DNA of 64,000 nucleotides, taken from Geosiphon pyriformis uo1. Its lineage: Eukaryota > Fungi > Glomeromycota. Shown piece by piece: positions 1 to 13,582 of this stretch. The position numbers and the translations under genes were made by a program. Location: assembly GCA_016748015.1 (NCBI GenBank), contig JAAOMT010000647.1, forward strand, positions 252,880 through 316,879, read 5' to 3'. The notes under the pieces were generated by a model. That model saw nothing but the letters and a program-made list of their open reading frames with translations, made no database searches and was not told the origin of the DNA. The first letter of the stretch is position 1. Every line of letters starts with the position of its first letter.

Positions 1-3000
1 CTATTTCTCTAATCAAAACACTCAAAACTATATTATAATTAGAACCAGCCTTCTAATGAGCACAACAAATTGACTGGTACAAATTATAAACAAAATAACA
101 AGTGTTACCAGACACAGCTGTATTTTCAGTCACCAAAAATCATTTTTGAATTCCAATTAATAAAAAAAAAAAAGAAAAAATGGCTTTACCAATTATTATA
201 TTAGCTTTAATATTACTTAGAACTTCTGAATGTTCTTTAACTTTTACTTACTTAACCAAAATGTTTTTATTCTTAATAAGATTAACCACATGTTTCTTTT
301 TAATTCAACATTAATTGTAAAAATCAAGCACAGCAAACAAAGCTTTAGACATATACACATTAATTACAAATTGGCTGTCTAAATACAAAACCACAGTACA
401 TAAAGATGGAACACACTTTAAAACCAAAGCAACAGTCTGTAACTTAGCCAAAGTAGAAAACAAAAATCCATTTACTCTAATCTTAATACTCATGTTTGCA
501 GCCAAAAAGTAAGCAGCTGCTCTACTTACTATCTTAGCAGAACCAATACACTTTAAAAATCTATTCATATAGACTTTGATAAAATCAGACCAAATTTCCA
601 GTAAATTACCATGCACATTAGAGAACTTTTTAGATTTCAAAACATCTAACATAAGTAATCCAAAAATTTCAGCAGATTTAACCTTCAAAAAAACATTTTT
701 TCTCAAAAATCCAAATGTCAGCATAAATCAGCAAGACACAAAGCCTCTTAGATCCAACTTTTTTTACTGCCAAAACATTTTTTAGTTCATTATATTTTTT
801 TTCTTGTTCAAAAGTCTGTCACTAAATACAACACTAAATCACTTCAAAAAAAATACAGAATTATAATACAAGAGTTGTTCTAAGATGTCAGATATCAGAA
901 ATCTATCTGGTTTATAAAAATTATTAAGCAAATTGTTTGTTAAAGATAACTCATTTTCCAAAAAAATTTTTACCACTCCAGTCAAGAAATTATTTACTAA
1001 ACTAATACACAACTTGACAAAAAACTGTAAAAGATTCAAAGAAGACCACTTTAGAACCTGCAGATCCAAAAATCTATACTTAAATAGACACTCAAAAATG
1101 CTATAGATATTGGAAAAAAAAACCAATGAAGCCAACTTCTTTTTAGACTGTACTTGCTCAAAAAGTTTTAAATTATACAAAGATAGATGATGCAAAATCT
1201 TACTAAAAAAGTTGTGTAGTAAACCAGTCTTGGCTTTAAGACTTTTTTTAACTATCACATCTTATTTGTAACACATATCTGATAAAACAAAACTAAACTG
1301 CATCTAATAGCTAATTATAAGTTATAGGACAATTAAAACCAAGTAAAAAAATTGTTTATTCATAATAGCCTTCTTTAACACCACATTAGAAAAAAATTTG
1401 ACATTAACATAAGTTTGAATCAAGTTAAGCTTAGAGAGATTTTCAGTAGACAAAAAAATATCCAAGTATCTGTATAACTCACTCCTTTTAGCAATTAAAA
1501 TTGGCAAACTATTAATCAACAATAAAATTGTCTTAACACTTAAATTGATGAAAATAGCCACTGTTTTATTATTATTAATCAAAATATTATTAATATTAAA
1601 AAATTTACTAACAATATTCAAAATATACTGTGTAGAAACTTGACAACTACTAACCCAAATTGTGTCATCAACAAAGACACCAGCAGCTAAAAAAAAATTT
1701 TTTCTTTAACAGTTTTAACTCTGCCAGTCTTTGTTACAAACCTAGTATTAATATAATATCTACATAAGTGTTTATGTCTCTTTACTTTACACAAAAGTAG
1801 ATTATAGAAAATTCTTCAAAGAGACAGAAAAAAAATTTTACTCTGATCTAAACCATTATGTACTCTATAATTATTTGAGAATCCAAAACTTGTTATTATT
1901 TTGTTAATCTGATCCTTATGAATACTGCCAAAAAATCTGATAAACTGACTGCACATTTTAATGTAACACAAACTAGCTCTCAAATAATGCTAACTTACTG
2001 AATTATAAGCTTTGTGCATGTTTTGTAACACCAACCAAAGCTATTTATTTTTTTTCAAAGCATCTTTAACCATTGACTTGATGACAAAAATAGGAGACTG
2101 AATTAAAATACCTTTTAATACTGAAAAATTATCATCATAAAAAACATCAAATTTGTTGTATGTTGATAATATCTGATCAAAAAAAATCTTAAATAAGATC
2201 TTTTGGGCTGTTTTAATCAGTACAATAAGTCTAGTATTTATTAAAACATTATTTCATTCATAAAGTTTTGAGATTATTGAAATTCATGCTTTCTTCCAAA
2301 AAATCAGAACTATATCTAAAGTTAAACATAAATTTAACAGACTTAAAAAACAAACCAACATCTTTCTATCACAATATTTCCAAAGCTCATTAAGTATTTT
2401 TAACAATCCAACAGTTTTATTATTTGGCAAATTATTAAAAACCAAAAACAACTCTTTCATATCAATCTCTTTTATCACATCAGAAAAAGCATCATCATTA
2501 ACATAATTCAAAGACATGTATTGATAAAACCAAAAGTTGGATATTTTTAAAAGCACTAATTGTTTTTTTGTTCACCTTTCTATAATTACATCTATCTTAA
2601 GCTTTACCTTATTAGGTTTAACCATCAATTTATCTTTTATCATCAAGTAATCCAAAACAATCTTGTAAAATAAATATTCTAAAAGGCTCTTTATTATCCA
2701 TCTCTTGTCAAAACAGAAATTTTTTATATGATAGTCAATTACCTTTCTAATAGCTGTATTTTCAGATGCCTTAGATTTATAATATTTAAATTTCCAATAC
2801 TTTTTCCTTATTATTGATAAATGTTTGACCAAACTTATTGAATTTACATTATCTAGAACCATATAAGCAACTTTAAACATTTCAACTTTATTAATAGCCA
2901 ACCAAATCCCAACAAAATAGTCAAAATTCAAAAGATTCTTAAAATTTCAAACTTTTACAATTTTTATAACAAGTAGCTCCAATTTAAAGAATTTCAAAAT

Positions 3001-6000
3001 TTGTTTGTTTTTTAAACAATCATATTCATTATACCAATGTTTAAAAAACATCACATTAGTAACTTGTACTATGATATTTTTCAGCACTATCCACATTATA
3101 TCCAAGTTATTATTATTATTCATATTCTTAAATATGTTTAACTTTACTAACAACTCAGTAGAATATTGCTTTTTAAAGCATAATCATTGGGCTTTATCTG
3201 TATTCTTTAACTTGAACTTCTACTAGTTCTAATTGGCCTATTTATAAGTATTGTTAAGATAAATGTTTATGAGTCTATCCAAACTGATTATAATTGAAAC
3301 CACTTTATAATTTGTATTAAAAAACTCTGATACATAATTGATTTTATGACATGCAATTACAGACACCAAGTTTTTACTTACAAAAATAAAATCCAGCACC
3401 TTTTTAACACTCTTAAAATTGCTTTAAGTAGAAGTTTTGGCCAATAAATATTCATTAAAAGTATTAACCAGACCCAGATCTATGCAGAACTTGAAACTTA
3501 CACTTCTCTTGGATCTATTCTTATTAAAATCACCACCTAAAACCATAAAAAAGCTAAAATTAACTGCTTTAAAGATCATAGAGTTAATATTAAAAGCTTG
3601 GCCAAAATGTGCACCAATAAATGCACCAATATACAGATCCAAAATTGTAACCAAAAGCTTGTTCTTAAACAGAAAACATACAAAAATTAATTGGCCCAAA
3701 ATCTCATCTATCTTTGAAACATATTGAATCAAAGAATTGTTCATAATTATAATAACTCCAGTACCAAGAAAACTTACATCTAAACCAGAAGTGAAAATCC
3801 AAATCTCATTAAACTTACTTATAATCTATAGTCTAATATTAAACCTTAATTATATTTTAATAATAAAAGAAACCATATTACCTGATTTTTTATGCCAATA
3901 AATAATGTTTTTCTGTTTTGTAAGAACATTGATACTTCAAACATTGCATATAGCAATCTTCTATACTAAATCATTCATGGAAATAAAAAATATGCCAAGA
4001 AATTCAAACCAGCACACAAATGATCTAACTTTACTAAAACAAAACTAATAAAGGCCTCAAGAGCCATTAATTTTGACTCTAAACTATCTATCTTAGTGGT
4101 CAAGATTTTCAAACTACTTAAACTTAGAGCTGAAGTCATATCCATTACAACTAAAGAAGAAGTCATAAAGAGTATTTGTAAAATATTCAAAACCATATTT
4201 AAACTTAAATCTAAACTCAAAGACACAATCACAACAGGAGAAAAAGATTGAGAAATAAATACCAGAGACATCATATCAACTATGCTCAGTTTTCTTACAA
4301 TACTTAATACTTAATCAGCTAAAAGCTCTAAGGAATGTTTCAGAAAAGCCAGACAATTATTAATTAAAAAACCATCTCAAACAACTAATATGTTTTCTTT
4401 ATTATTTGAGGCATTAAAAAAAAAGAAACCAGAACCAGAATTGAAACAAAAACTACTAAGAGAAAAAACAAATAAGACCACCTGCACCCAAGATTTGCCA
4501 CCAAAGACAGCAAAATGAGAAATCAGAACATTTTTTTTTGTATATAACTTGGTAAGCTGAAGGCAATTTTTCTTTAAAACAATTTTTTTATAAGATTTTA
4601 AGAGAGACAAGACTGATGTATCTAATACATTACATTCAAAAGCTAAATACCCAAAACATCCACATTTCTCACACTGAACCAAATCTATTTTAGTTCATAA
4701 AAGTCTTATATCACCCAAAATTGGCTTTGTGTAAAAGACAAATTTCAGTTTTTTATCTGATTTAAAACCAATTACAGTACAGTAAAACTGGTTGCCAGTA
4801 TCAAATAAGTAATTAATGATATATGTTTTCTTACCAGCTTTATTTAATAAAGTGTTCAGATCATAAACCATTATTTTCATAAACAATGTAAACAAAAACA
4901 CCCCAAATCAATTTTTAGATGCCTAAATTTACAATCTTTCATAGCCATAGCCACATGCACCAAATTTTTTTCAATCAAGAATAACTATTTAGAAGCTAGC
5001 TGTTCAGTCTGATCTAATTTGGTGAATTTTATCATGATCTTTTGTTACAGTTCAATTAATTGTGTTTTGATTGACTTAATTTAACCAAATTCAGATACTA
5101 TAATAATAATTATATTTTTTAACATATTTATAGAAATTTTCTTAATAACTATAGTCCAATCTGATCTGATTTCTTGTCTCTTAAGATTGTCATTTACTTT
5201 AATACACTCTTTTTTAGCCAATAATATAGCTTTGTTTATGCTTTTTTCTAATGTAAACATTGATTTGATAATCTCTTCAAATTTTAAGAGAGTAGTAACT
5301 TTCCTAAAACCATTGACTATTGAAAAAAATTTTCTAATGAATTGAGTTTTTGCTATTGCTAATTTTTTTTTCACAGCTGAAAAATTAATATCTAATATGA
5401 AAGATTTTTTAACAACCACCCAATCTGAGTTTTTATTATCTTAAGATTAACTTATCTTTTGTTTAAAGAGATATTAAGAGAAAAAAGAAGGAGACTTATA
5501 TTTTTATCTATTTTAAAGTTAATAATACCAATAGAAAAACCACCAATTAAATCAATATTGATTCTTTCAGCTTTGGGAGTTGATACAGCCAAATTGAAAA
5601 AAAAACCACTACTTGAACTTATTACAACACTACCAAACTCACTGTTACTAAACTCACTATTTATATCTGAATATATTTCATTATTAACATCAGATTTAAC
5701 CAAAGAAATTTTTCTTTTATTACCAAAATGCTTAATATTGCTAACAGAAATCTTCTTCTTTTAAGCAAAAATACTATTATTATAGGTAAACTTGTTAAAG
5801 TATAATGATAACGTTTAGTGTTTTAAGGTTGTATGTTTTTTACAGGGTTAATGTTTATCAGTCTTTAAAGATCTTTTTCTGGATAAGAATTTACCTATTG
5901 AGTTCTTTGGTTATAAGGCACAGAGATTTGGTTTTTACTAATTGCAACTTCTTATAAATGTGAGCTATCTTTTCTGAACTAACAAACATAGTTGTTAGGG

Positions 6001-7090
6001 TTTGGTGTTGTCTTTTTGCTCTTCTGGTAAGCTACCAAGATAATGTTAATATCTAAAACTTAAGGGGAGCCTCCTTCTTTTACCAAACTATTATGAAGTT
6101 TATTTCCAGACAGTCAATTTTTCTATGTTGCTGCTCTATCAGAGAGAATAAAAGAAAATAAAATAAAAAAAATAAAAGAAAATAAAAGAAAATAAAAAGA
6201 AAATAAGAAATTAATATCCTGTTAATAGCTGTGATCAAGAGCTATCAGTTTAAGGTAGTTAAGTATTAGATTTTATTAACATAAAGTGTTAATAGTGGCA
6301 AAAGTGATTAATATTCTTAATCAAGTAATAATAATATAGATTTGATAATAATAAATAATTTTATTAATAGGAGAATAATTTCATTTTAAGTCATAAAAAA
6401 CTATTTTTTAAAGGAAGGGTATTGTTGAATTTTCTAGGAATTCTTTGTTTATTTTTTGAAAAGAGAGATAATTGAATAATTAATTGTTTTAATTACATTT
6501 TAATTTAAATATGAAAGATAATAAATATAAGAAAAAGAATTAATTTTGTTTCTAGTTGTCTGTTTTTTTTAACTTCTATAACTATTTGCTTTTATATATT
6601 TCTTTGGTTTTGCAGGATTGCTTTCAATTGTCTCACTATTGCTAGCTATTGCTTTGCTATTTTTGTTATTGCTTTATTTTTCTATGTTATCACTAGTTAT
6701 TCTATGTTATAATATGTTATTTGGTATTATTATATGTTATTCTGTATTATTCTATGTTATAATACAGTATTCTATATTATTCTAAGTTATAATGCATTAT
6801 CCAATGTTATTGTACATTATTTTGTATTATGTTACATTTTGGTCATGTTTCTCTATAACTTTGGATTGGTTTTACTACTTGAATAATACCATTTACAAAA
6901 TCATAAAAAGCACTTTTAAGAACCTTTTTCTTAGATATATTGCTATTCAAAACAGTCTTCAAGTCTATTATAAAATGATTATTAGCTTAAAAAATATTGA
7001 AAGTAATATAATTAGAAAGATAAAAGACAAAAAACTTCTTTTTCAAAAAACTGTTTTTTAAAAAATTTGGACATAAGAGAAAAAAAAGTT
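1..7090 (-). mobile_element. LINE-A: heavily degenerate non-LTR retrotransposon (ORF1; ORF2 APE-RT-RNase H), 3' end beyond window start, interrupted by a solo LTR at 5778-6888
   Basis: Fragment ORFs align with intact LINE-C: zinc knuckle CEKCGCFGYLAFEC (~4680), APE VLGGDFN (3424-3744), RT fragments (1322-2556), RNase H STLAKLQTVALVLKCVP..LYLDSQ (311-724). The 5' end at ~7030-7090 matches the 5' ends of LINE-B and LINE-C. Confidence 0.9.
5778..6888 (-). mobile_element. Solo LTR related to the Gypsy-2 LTR family
   Basis: Colinear with LTRs 14813-15780 and 23802-24751 (e.g. GAATTTACCTATTGAGTT, GGAGCCTCCTTCTTTTACC). Ends are TATTA...TAATA (decayed TGTTA...TAACA). Flanks CTAT/CCAT. LINE-A resumes after it. 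Confidence 0.85.
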
Positions 7091-7575
7091 TTTTTATTAT
7101 TAATTTTATCTAATATTAAAGACATTAAACCAAAAATTCAAATACTTATGTATATTTTTAAATTAAAAAAACTAAAACACATTTATTACAATAAAAAAAC
7201 CTAAATTTTTTATAAAATTATTTGTAAAAATGTTTATAATATTTAATTTAGTCTTAATTAAACACTTTTTAATTTTTATTATTAATAAAAATTTGAGTTA
7301 TTAATTAACATAAAATTATTTTTATAATTTTTATTATTAATTAATATATATTATTATTTAAATTATTAATTATTTTATTAAATTATTAAAAATTACTATT
7401 TAATTAATAATTTAATTTGTATAAACACAAAAATAACTATTTATAATAATCAAATTATATAATATTTAAAAATTAATTAAAATATTCAATAATTTAATAA
7501 AATATTTAATAGTTTATTAAAATAATTAATAATTTATAAAAATAATTTATAGTTTATTAAAATATATATATATAT
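7091..7575. repeat. Extremely AT-rich low-complexity spacer between LINE-A and LINE-B
   Basis: Almost no G/C and no ORFs. Confidence 0.7.
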
Positions 7576-7576
7576 A

Positions 7577-8810
7577 TTTTTATTAGAAGTTTTACAAGTA
7601 CAGCCCAATCACTACTTAAATACATAGAAACTAAGCAGAATTTAAATTAAGTATAGTTTATGCTTTTTCTATACATGACTAGTTACTTAAGCCAATTAAG
7701 ACAACATTACACATCTAAATTATTTATTACAAGAATATTATTCAAGAAATCAAAATCCAATTTGGACAGATATGAATATAAACCAAAGCATATATGAATA
7801 CTTAATCTGAAACTGAAATCCTGTATCTTTCCAGTAGACCACAAAGAAAACAAACTGAATATTAAAGGAAAAAAAGAACCATTATGTGGCAAGAGATTAT
7901 GCTTCTCATAATAAGACTTTAATTTAGTCACAGGCAGATCTGTAACACTCAGCAAAATAACAAACAAAATTGATAACCAATGCACCTTTTCCAGAATTGG
8001 CATCCAAATGGTCCACTGTATCAATCATCCAACTCTTCAAAACAAAATTCTTGGCCAGCACCATGAACAAATCAATGAAATAAGCAGTCTTATTCAGAGA
8101 ATAAGCGACCACATTCTTATTGGCAGAAGCATTTATTAATGCATCCTATTTTAGAGTAGCATCAGACACTAAAGTTTCTCTAACTTTACCATCATAAGCA
8201 CAAGAGAATATGTGATCAAAGTCTTTCACCATATCACACCAGATGCAAGCAACACATGAATATTTTAGATTATATATTTTTTTCTCTTGGCCACCAGCAA
8301 ATAATGGTATAGTGCTTTTATAAAGTAAGACCAAAGTGTTGCCAAAGCAGAGCTAATATAGCCCAATTGAATCTTGCCATTGGGGTGCCAAATAACAAAA
8401 GTTTTAGCCATATCAAAACAGTTACAGAAATTTGCATTAAGGGTGCCACCAACATACCTGGCCTCCCAACCAACAGAAGAAACTGCATAGAATAAATTTT
8501 TAGCAACATAATAAGCATTCCCAGAGATAGATCTGTCTTTAATATTAAAAAAATAATATGGCACTACAAGAGACAGGAAAAACCCAGAAGTAACTGCAGC
8601 ATCAGCATAGAAATCAGCACATTTATTTTCAATAACACTGAAGTAACTTTTGACCTTATTTCAAGTAACTAACTAACTTTTTTTGGAAATAACCTAGTAA
8701 ATATGCTTCTTTTTAATTCAACATTTGTCATAAAAGTCAAGACAAGATACACCACTAAAGAAGGTGTACATGTTCAGTGATACTTGGCTGTCTGTAAATA
8801 AAACAACTGA
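7577..8810 (-). mobile_element. LINE-B 3' part (end of RNase H, C-terminal zinc finger, 3' UTR)
   Basis: CIWCDMVKDFDHIFSC matches LINE-C CLFCGDVETLDHVFSC. The 3' UTR at 7660-7710 is homologous to 37047-37095. It rejoins 30484 in frame once Gypsy-1 and one TSD copy are removed. Confidence 0.88.
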
Positions 8811-9660
8811 TGTTACTCATAAAATATAGAAAATATATTAGCATATAAATTAGCCAATCAGAAGTAGATATAGTAAATATGGAATTCCAGGATTCTTTTT
8901 AGAGGAATTGCAAAATTCCAGAAATTTCAGGATTTTTATAGAAGGAATTACAGAATTCCAGAATTCCAGAATTTCTCTCAAAGGAATTGCAGGATTCCAA
9001 GAATTTCAAGATTCCTGGTGTAAAAAATCAAGAAATTGAGAAATCTCAATTATATATATAACAGTAGTATTAGAAAAAGAAAGTCAGACCTTTCAGTTTA
9101 GATTTAATCTAAGCAATCTTCCAAATCACAAATATTAATAAATAACTATTTGCTATCTCAATTCATTCTCTACTATTAACATTTTATGTTAATAGTAATC
9201 TATACTTGACCACACTGGAACAATAGCTCTTGATCACAACTATTGACAGGATACTAACTTATAAATTGTCTTGGCTTATTTTTTTATTTCTTTTATTTTT
9301 ATTTTTATTTTTTTTTTCTTTGATTTTATTGTTGTATATTAATTAATTAAGGATTAAAATGCAAAGTTATTGATGTTAAGGATAGTCTGATAAAAAACTC
9401 AGAAATACAGATAAAATTATATATATATTAACAGATAGCTTACCAGAAGGACATGACTGCCAGCATAAATCCAGCTGCCAAGCTGAGAAAGAAATTGGGC
9501 AAAAATTGTGATTCCAGAAAATTACTACCATTATTAAATCTTTGTCTATTATACAAAGAACTCAACCAAAACCTTCAGATATTACCATTTAGATCATCAA
9601 TTAAGCACCAAGTTACAGGTTTGTTATTTGATTTGAGACTCCAAATAATTACTTATAATA
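8811..9660 (+). repeat. Gypsy-1 5' LTR (850 bp)
   Basis: Runs TGTTACTCAT...TTATAATA and is a direct repeat of 29663-30483. U3 has GGAATTCCA-type tandem units, with a TATATATA stretch at ~9051. Confidence 0.93.
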
Positions 9661-9662
9661 TT

Positions 9663-9679
9663 TGGTGCTCTCTGTGAGG
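9663..9679 (+). promoter_or_regulatory. Gypsy-1 primer binding site (probably elongator tRNA-Met)
   Basis: TGGTGCTCTCTGTGAGG lies 2 nt after the LTR and matches the Gypsy-2 PBS at 16 of 17 positions. Confidence 0.8.
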
Positions 9680-9699
9680 TATAATTCTACAAAAAACCC

Positions 9700-12600
9700 G
9701 CACCAACAACAATTCAAAAGTGGTAGAACCAGAAAGAATAGGGACAAATCATTTAGGATTTGCCAAATCCTTATTCTAACACTACTGTCAACACTTAAGA
9801 TTAACCAACAATTACCTATTAGCAGAATCAGCTTTCAATTTCTATGTTAATAAAAGAATCTCATATTTGCTAGGAGTAACTGTAAAAATTAACTCAGCAA
9901 GAAGAAATTTCTACAACAAATTAATCCAAAATACCAACCTATCAGCAAATTATAATTTCACAGCAATTCTCACTGAAATCAATAAAGAAATTGAAATTCA
10001 CATGCAACAAAAATATCCAATTACCTATACAAACAAAGACAAAAGAAAACTACAAACACCAGCAGTAATATCTCAAAGAATACAACTACCTACTTAGAAG
10101 AAAACCAGACTTGAATTTCCACTTTATCTATCATATCATTACACACTTGAAAGTACCATCAATATCACATCAGCAGGCATATCTACATTAAATGTAACAT
10201 CAACATTTGGTCAACTTCTATTTTAAAATAAACAAAAGAAAGCAGAACTATTAGGAATTTATAGCAAGTATTTTGAAAAATTTCAATTGTAATCACCAAC
10301 ACCATCAGAATTTCGATCATCATCACCTCTACCAGATTTTGAAACCACAAGTTCTTGGAAAATAACAGCATCAGAAGAAAAAGAAAAAAAAGATCAAGAA
10401 TTTAATTATTAAAAGCCAATTGCAAAAAATCTGAAAGTTGAAACTCCAAATATTCTAACTCAGCAAACACAAAACAATTCAAATCCCAAGTTAATTAATC
10501 AGTAAAACTTATCTCCAGAAATTGTTATTAATCAGCAACCAATTGATCCAATTGCTGAACAACTTCAACAGCCACCAATACTACTTTAGCAATTATTACT
10601 TTAACCATCACAACAACCAAACTTAGATCCAATGGTCTACACTTCAATAGCAAAACTCAAAAAATTTACTGGTGAAGAGGACAACACCCAAGTGTGGCTA
10701 AACAATATGAAAAAAGCTATCGCAGTCAATAAATGAAATGACACCAGAGCCATGTAAATTATTCCCTATTTTTTCTGATTCTTGGTATCAAAGCTTGATC
10801 AACAAACCCCAAGATTTCAATGCCTTCAAGCTTGAATTCCTATGATACTTTAGCAACAATAACAGTATCAACTAGTTAGCCAACATCTTCACCACCATAA
10901 AACAAGGGGAAACTGAAGCTGTTACTATTTACTTGGGACACTTTTATAGAAATTTGCACCAGATACAAGCAATTAATGCTGATTATTTCACAATGACCCA
11001 AATTCTAAATCAATTTATTTGTGAATTATGCAATAGCATTCTGCAATGTGTACACTATTACAGGTAACTATTTCTGATATTGGATTAAATAACAAAACCC
11101 ATAACTTGGTGCTCAAATCTAGTTGCAGTTGATAGTGATCTGAAGATTTGTGTCTAAAGAGTTTGTATCTGAAAGATTTGGTTGAGTTTTTTATATAATA
11201 GACAGAGATTCAATGGTAATAGTTTTATTCATAGCTTCCTAAAACTGCAGTTTCATTAATTTCTTTCTCAGCTTGATGGCCAGTATTTCTCCTGGTAAGC
11301 TATTCTCAATCAAGTGTTCTACTCTTATTTTTGGGTCTTTTACCAGTTATGTTTATCTTGACGTCAGTACTCTGTATGTTAATTCTCAATAGAGTTAGTA
11401 AACAACAATAAAATCAAAGCAAGAAATAAAGAAAATAAAGAAAATAAAAAAAGAAAAGAAATAAGCCAAGGCAATTTGCAAGTTAGTTTTCTGTCAATAG
11501 CTGTGATCAAGAGCTATTGTTCCAGTGTGGTTAAGTATCAATTACTATCAACATGAAGTGTTGATAGTGGCAGCAGGTTTAAGATAACAAACAGTTATTT
11601 ATTTGTGGTTTTAGAAAATTGTCTAGATGAAATCTAAACTGAGAGGTCTGTCTTTTTAGCTTCTAATCCTATTGCTATATATACATAATTGAGATTCCTT
11701 AATTTCTTAATTTTTCACAACAGGAATCCTGCAATTCTTTTGAGAGGAATCTTGGAATTCTAGAATCTTGTGATTCCTTGTGAGAATTCTGTAATTCCTG
11801 GAATCCTGCAATTCCTGAGAGGAATCCTGGAATTCCACATTTTACTACATTTACTTCTGATTGATTAATAACTATGCTAATATATATTTCCTATATTTTT
11901 ATGAGTAACAATGCCCATGCCAAAAATTTTAAAGCCACTGAATTAGAAGCCAACCATGCCCAAGCAGTAAATCTAGTAATAAACAGATCATTTGACTTGG
12001 ATTCTAAATTAAAGCAATTCAGTGATTTGATCAATCAGAAATTAGAGAGATACTTAGTTAACAACAATCAGGTAATCTATCAACTACCATAATGACACAC
12101 CAATCAAGGAAACTCCAATTGTTTCCAAAATCAACCACATCCAGCATCATCAACCAATTAACAGTGGCAACAAGAAATGCATGCTTGCCACTATTGTGGT
12201 AGACAAAGATACTTACAAATTGACTGCTGCCAACATTTAAATAACTAATGATCAGAAAATCAATATCAAAACTCTGATTGCTGGTTTCAAATTCCAAATT
12301 ATCAATCAAACTCAGCTTTATATCAACTGACTTATCTGCCAATAATGCAGCAGCCAATTTATCAAACATCTGTATATTAACCTCTAATTTATCAACCACA
12401 GCCACAAGTACTATATTAACTACAGCCACTAGTAATTTATCAATCTTAGCAACTTCAAACACCACCATTAAATCAAGCTCAGATGACATCAAGAAATTTT
12501 AGATCAAGAGTCACTCAAAACTGGAAATTGGCAATGGTTGTTCATCAACCAATTTCCAGCTCTTCTAACCAACCAACAGGATCACATTTTCAGAATTCAG

Positions 12601-13250
12601 AAACTGGGCACACTTTAAACCCAAATTTCCAACACTATTTAAGTCTTCTGATTATCCCAGAAGATGCCTTATCTAATAACGTAGAAACCAACCAAACATT
12701 ACCATTCACCAGCAACATATCTCCAGCTATTATTACCAATGACAAATCATTAGTAGCAATCTTTCTGTTCAAACTCGAGAAACTATTATTCATGCTCTTG
12801 TTTAATAAAGCTGCACTTGAAAAAAAACTGATCACCACTATATACACTGATATTAAAGTTGATGGCCACTTTATCAAACTCATATTAGATAGCAGATCAG
12901 CAGACAGTATTATTACCTAACAACTTATGAACTAATTAAGTTACCAAGTTAATTGTGCTGTCAGTACCAGGATCATAACAGCAGATGAAGCAACTAAAAC
13001 TCCAATTGGAGAAATTGATGACTTATCCATTGAAATCAATGACATTATAGTACTCATCAAAGTTCTTGTAATGGAAGCAATACAGTACCAAGCACTTGTT
13101 GGCAATAACTGGTTGTCCAAAATCAATACAACGCTCGATTGGTTTACACAAGAGCTTCAACTTAGTCAAAACAGCCAATACATATGTGTACCAGCCACAT
13201 GTGGCCACTTTAAGCCTATCACCATGTCATCAGCATCTCTTATCAAGTTC
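9700..13250 (+). pseudogene. Gypsy-1 gag (N-terminal extension, capsid, CCHC knuckle) and aspartic protease, interrupted by a solo LTR
   Basis: IAKLKKFTGEEDNTQVWL (~10650), CHYCGRQRYLQIDC (~12187), KLILDSRSADSIIT (~12880), ALVGNNWL (~13090). Many TAA/TGA stops derived from CAA/TGG. Confidence 0.85.
11056..11910 (-). mobile_element. Solo LTR (Gypsy-1-like family) inserted antisense in Gypsy-1 gag
   Basis: Reverse-complement similarity to 8811-9660. Ends TATTACA...GAGTAACA. TSD ACAC/ATGC. Confidence 0.9.
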
Positions 13251-13582
13251 AACAACAAAGAAAAAAAACCTACTTGGGAAGCCTATTAAATTTTCTGGGC
13301 CAATAATAATCACAACAAATTATCACCAATACTATCTTGAAACAACAACAAAAAGGGAAAACAAAAAGAGGGACTTACTGAAAATACTGACCAAACAAAA
13401 TAGACTGATAATAACAGCACCAAGCTGACACCAATTTGGGAGTGGAGAAAAAATAACAAGAGAAAAAGAAAAGAAAAAGAAGAAAAGCCAATACCAACTA
13501 CTGCCACTTATATTTTATACACCTATACTTCACCACAACCATCTAACTATTGCTGACCAAAACTGGTATGCATTGATTATGG

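Noticed and set aside
8925-8940. Perfect heat-shock element TTCCAGAAATTTC in the Gypsy-1 5' LTR
   Set aside because: The sister LTR reads TTCCAGGAATTTC, so the match is probably a G>A decay product of the GGAATTCCA repeat.
8880-9020. CRISPR-like or satellite array
   Set aside because: Short degenerate tandem units without unique spacers, inside an LTR U3.
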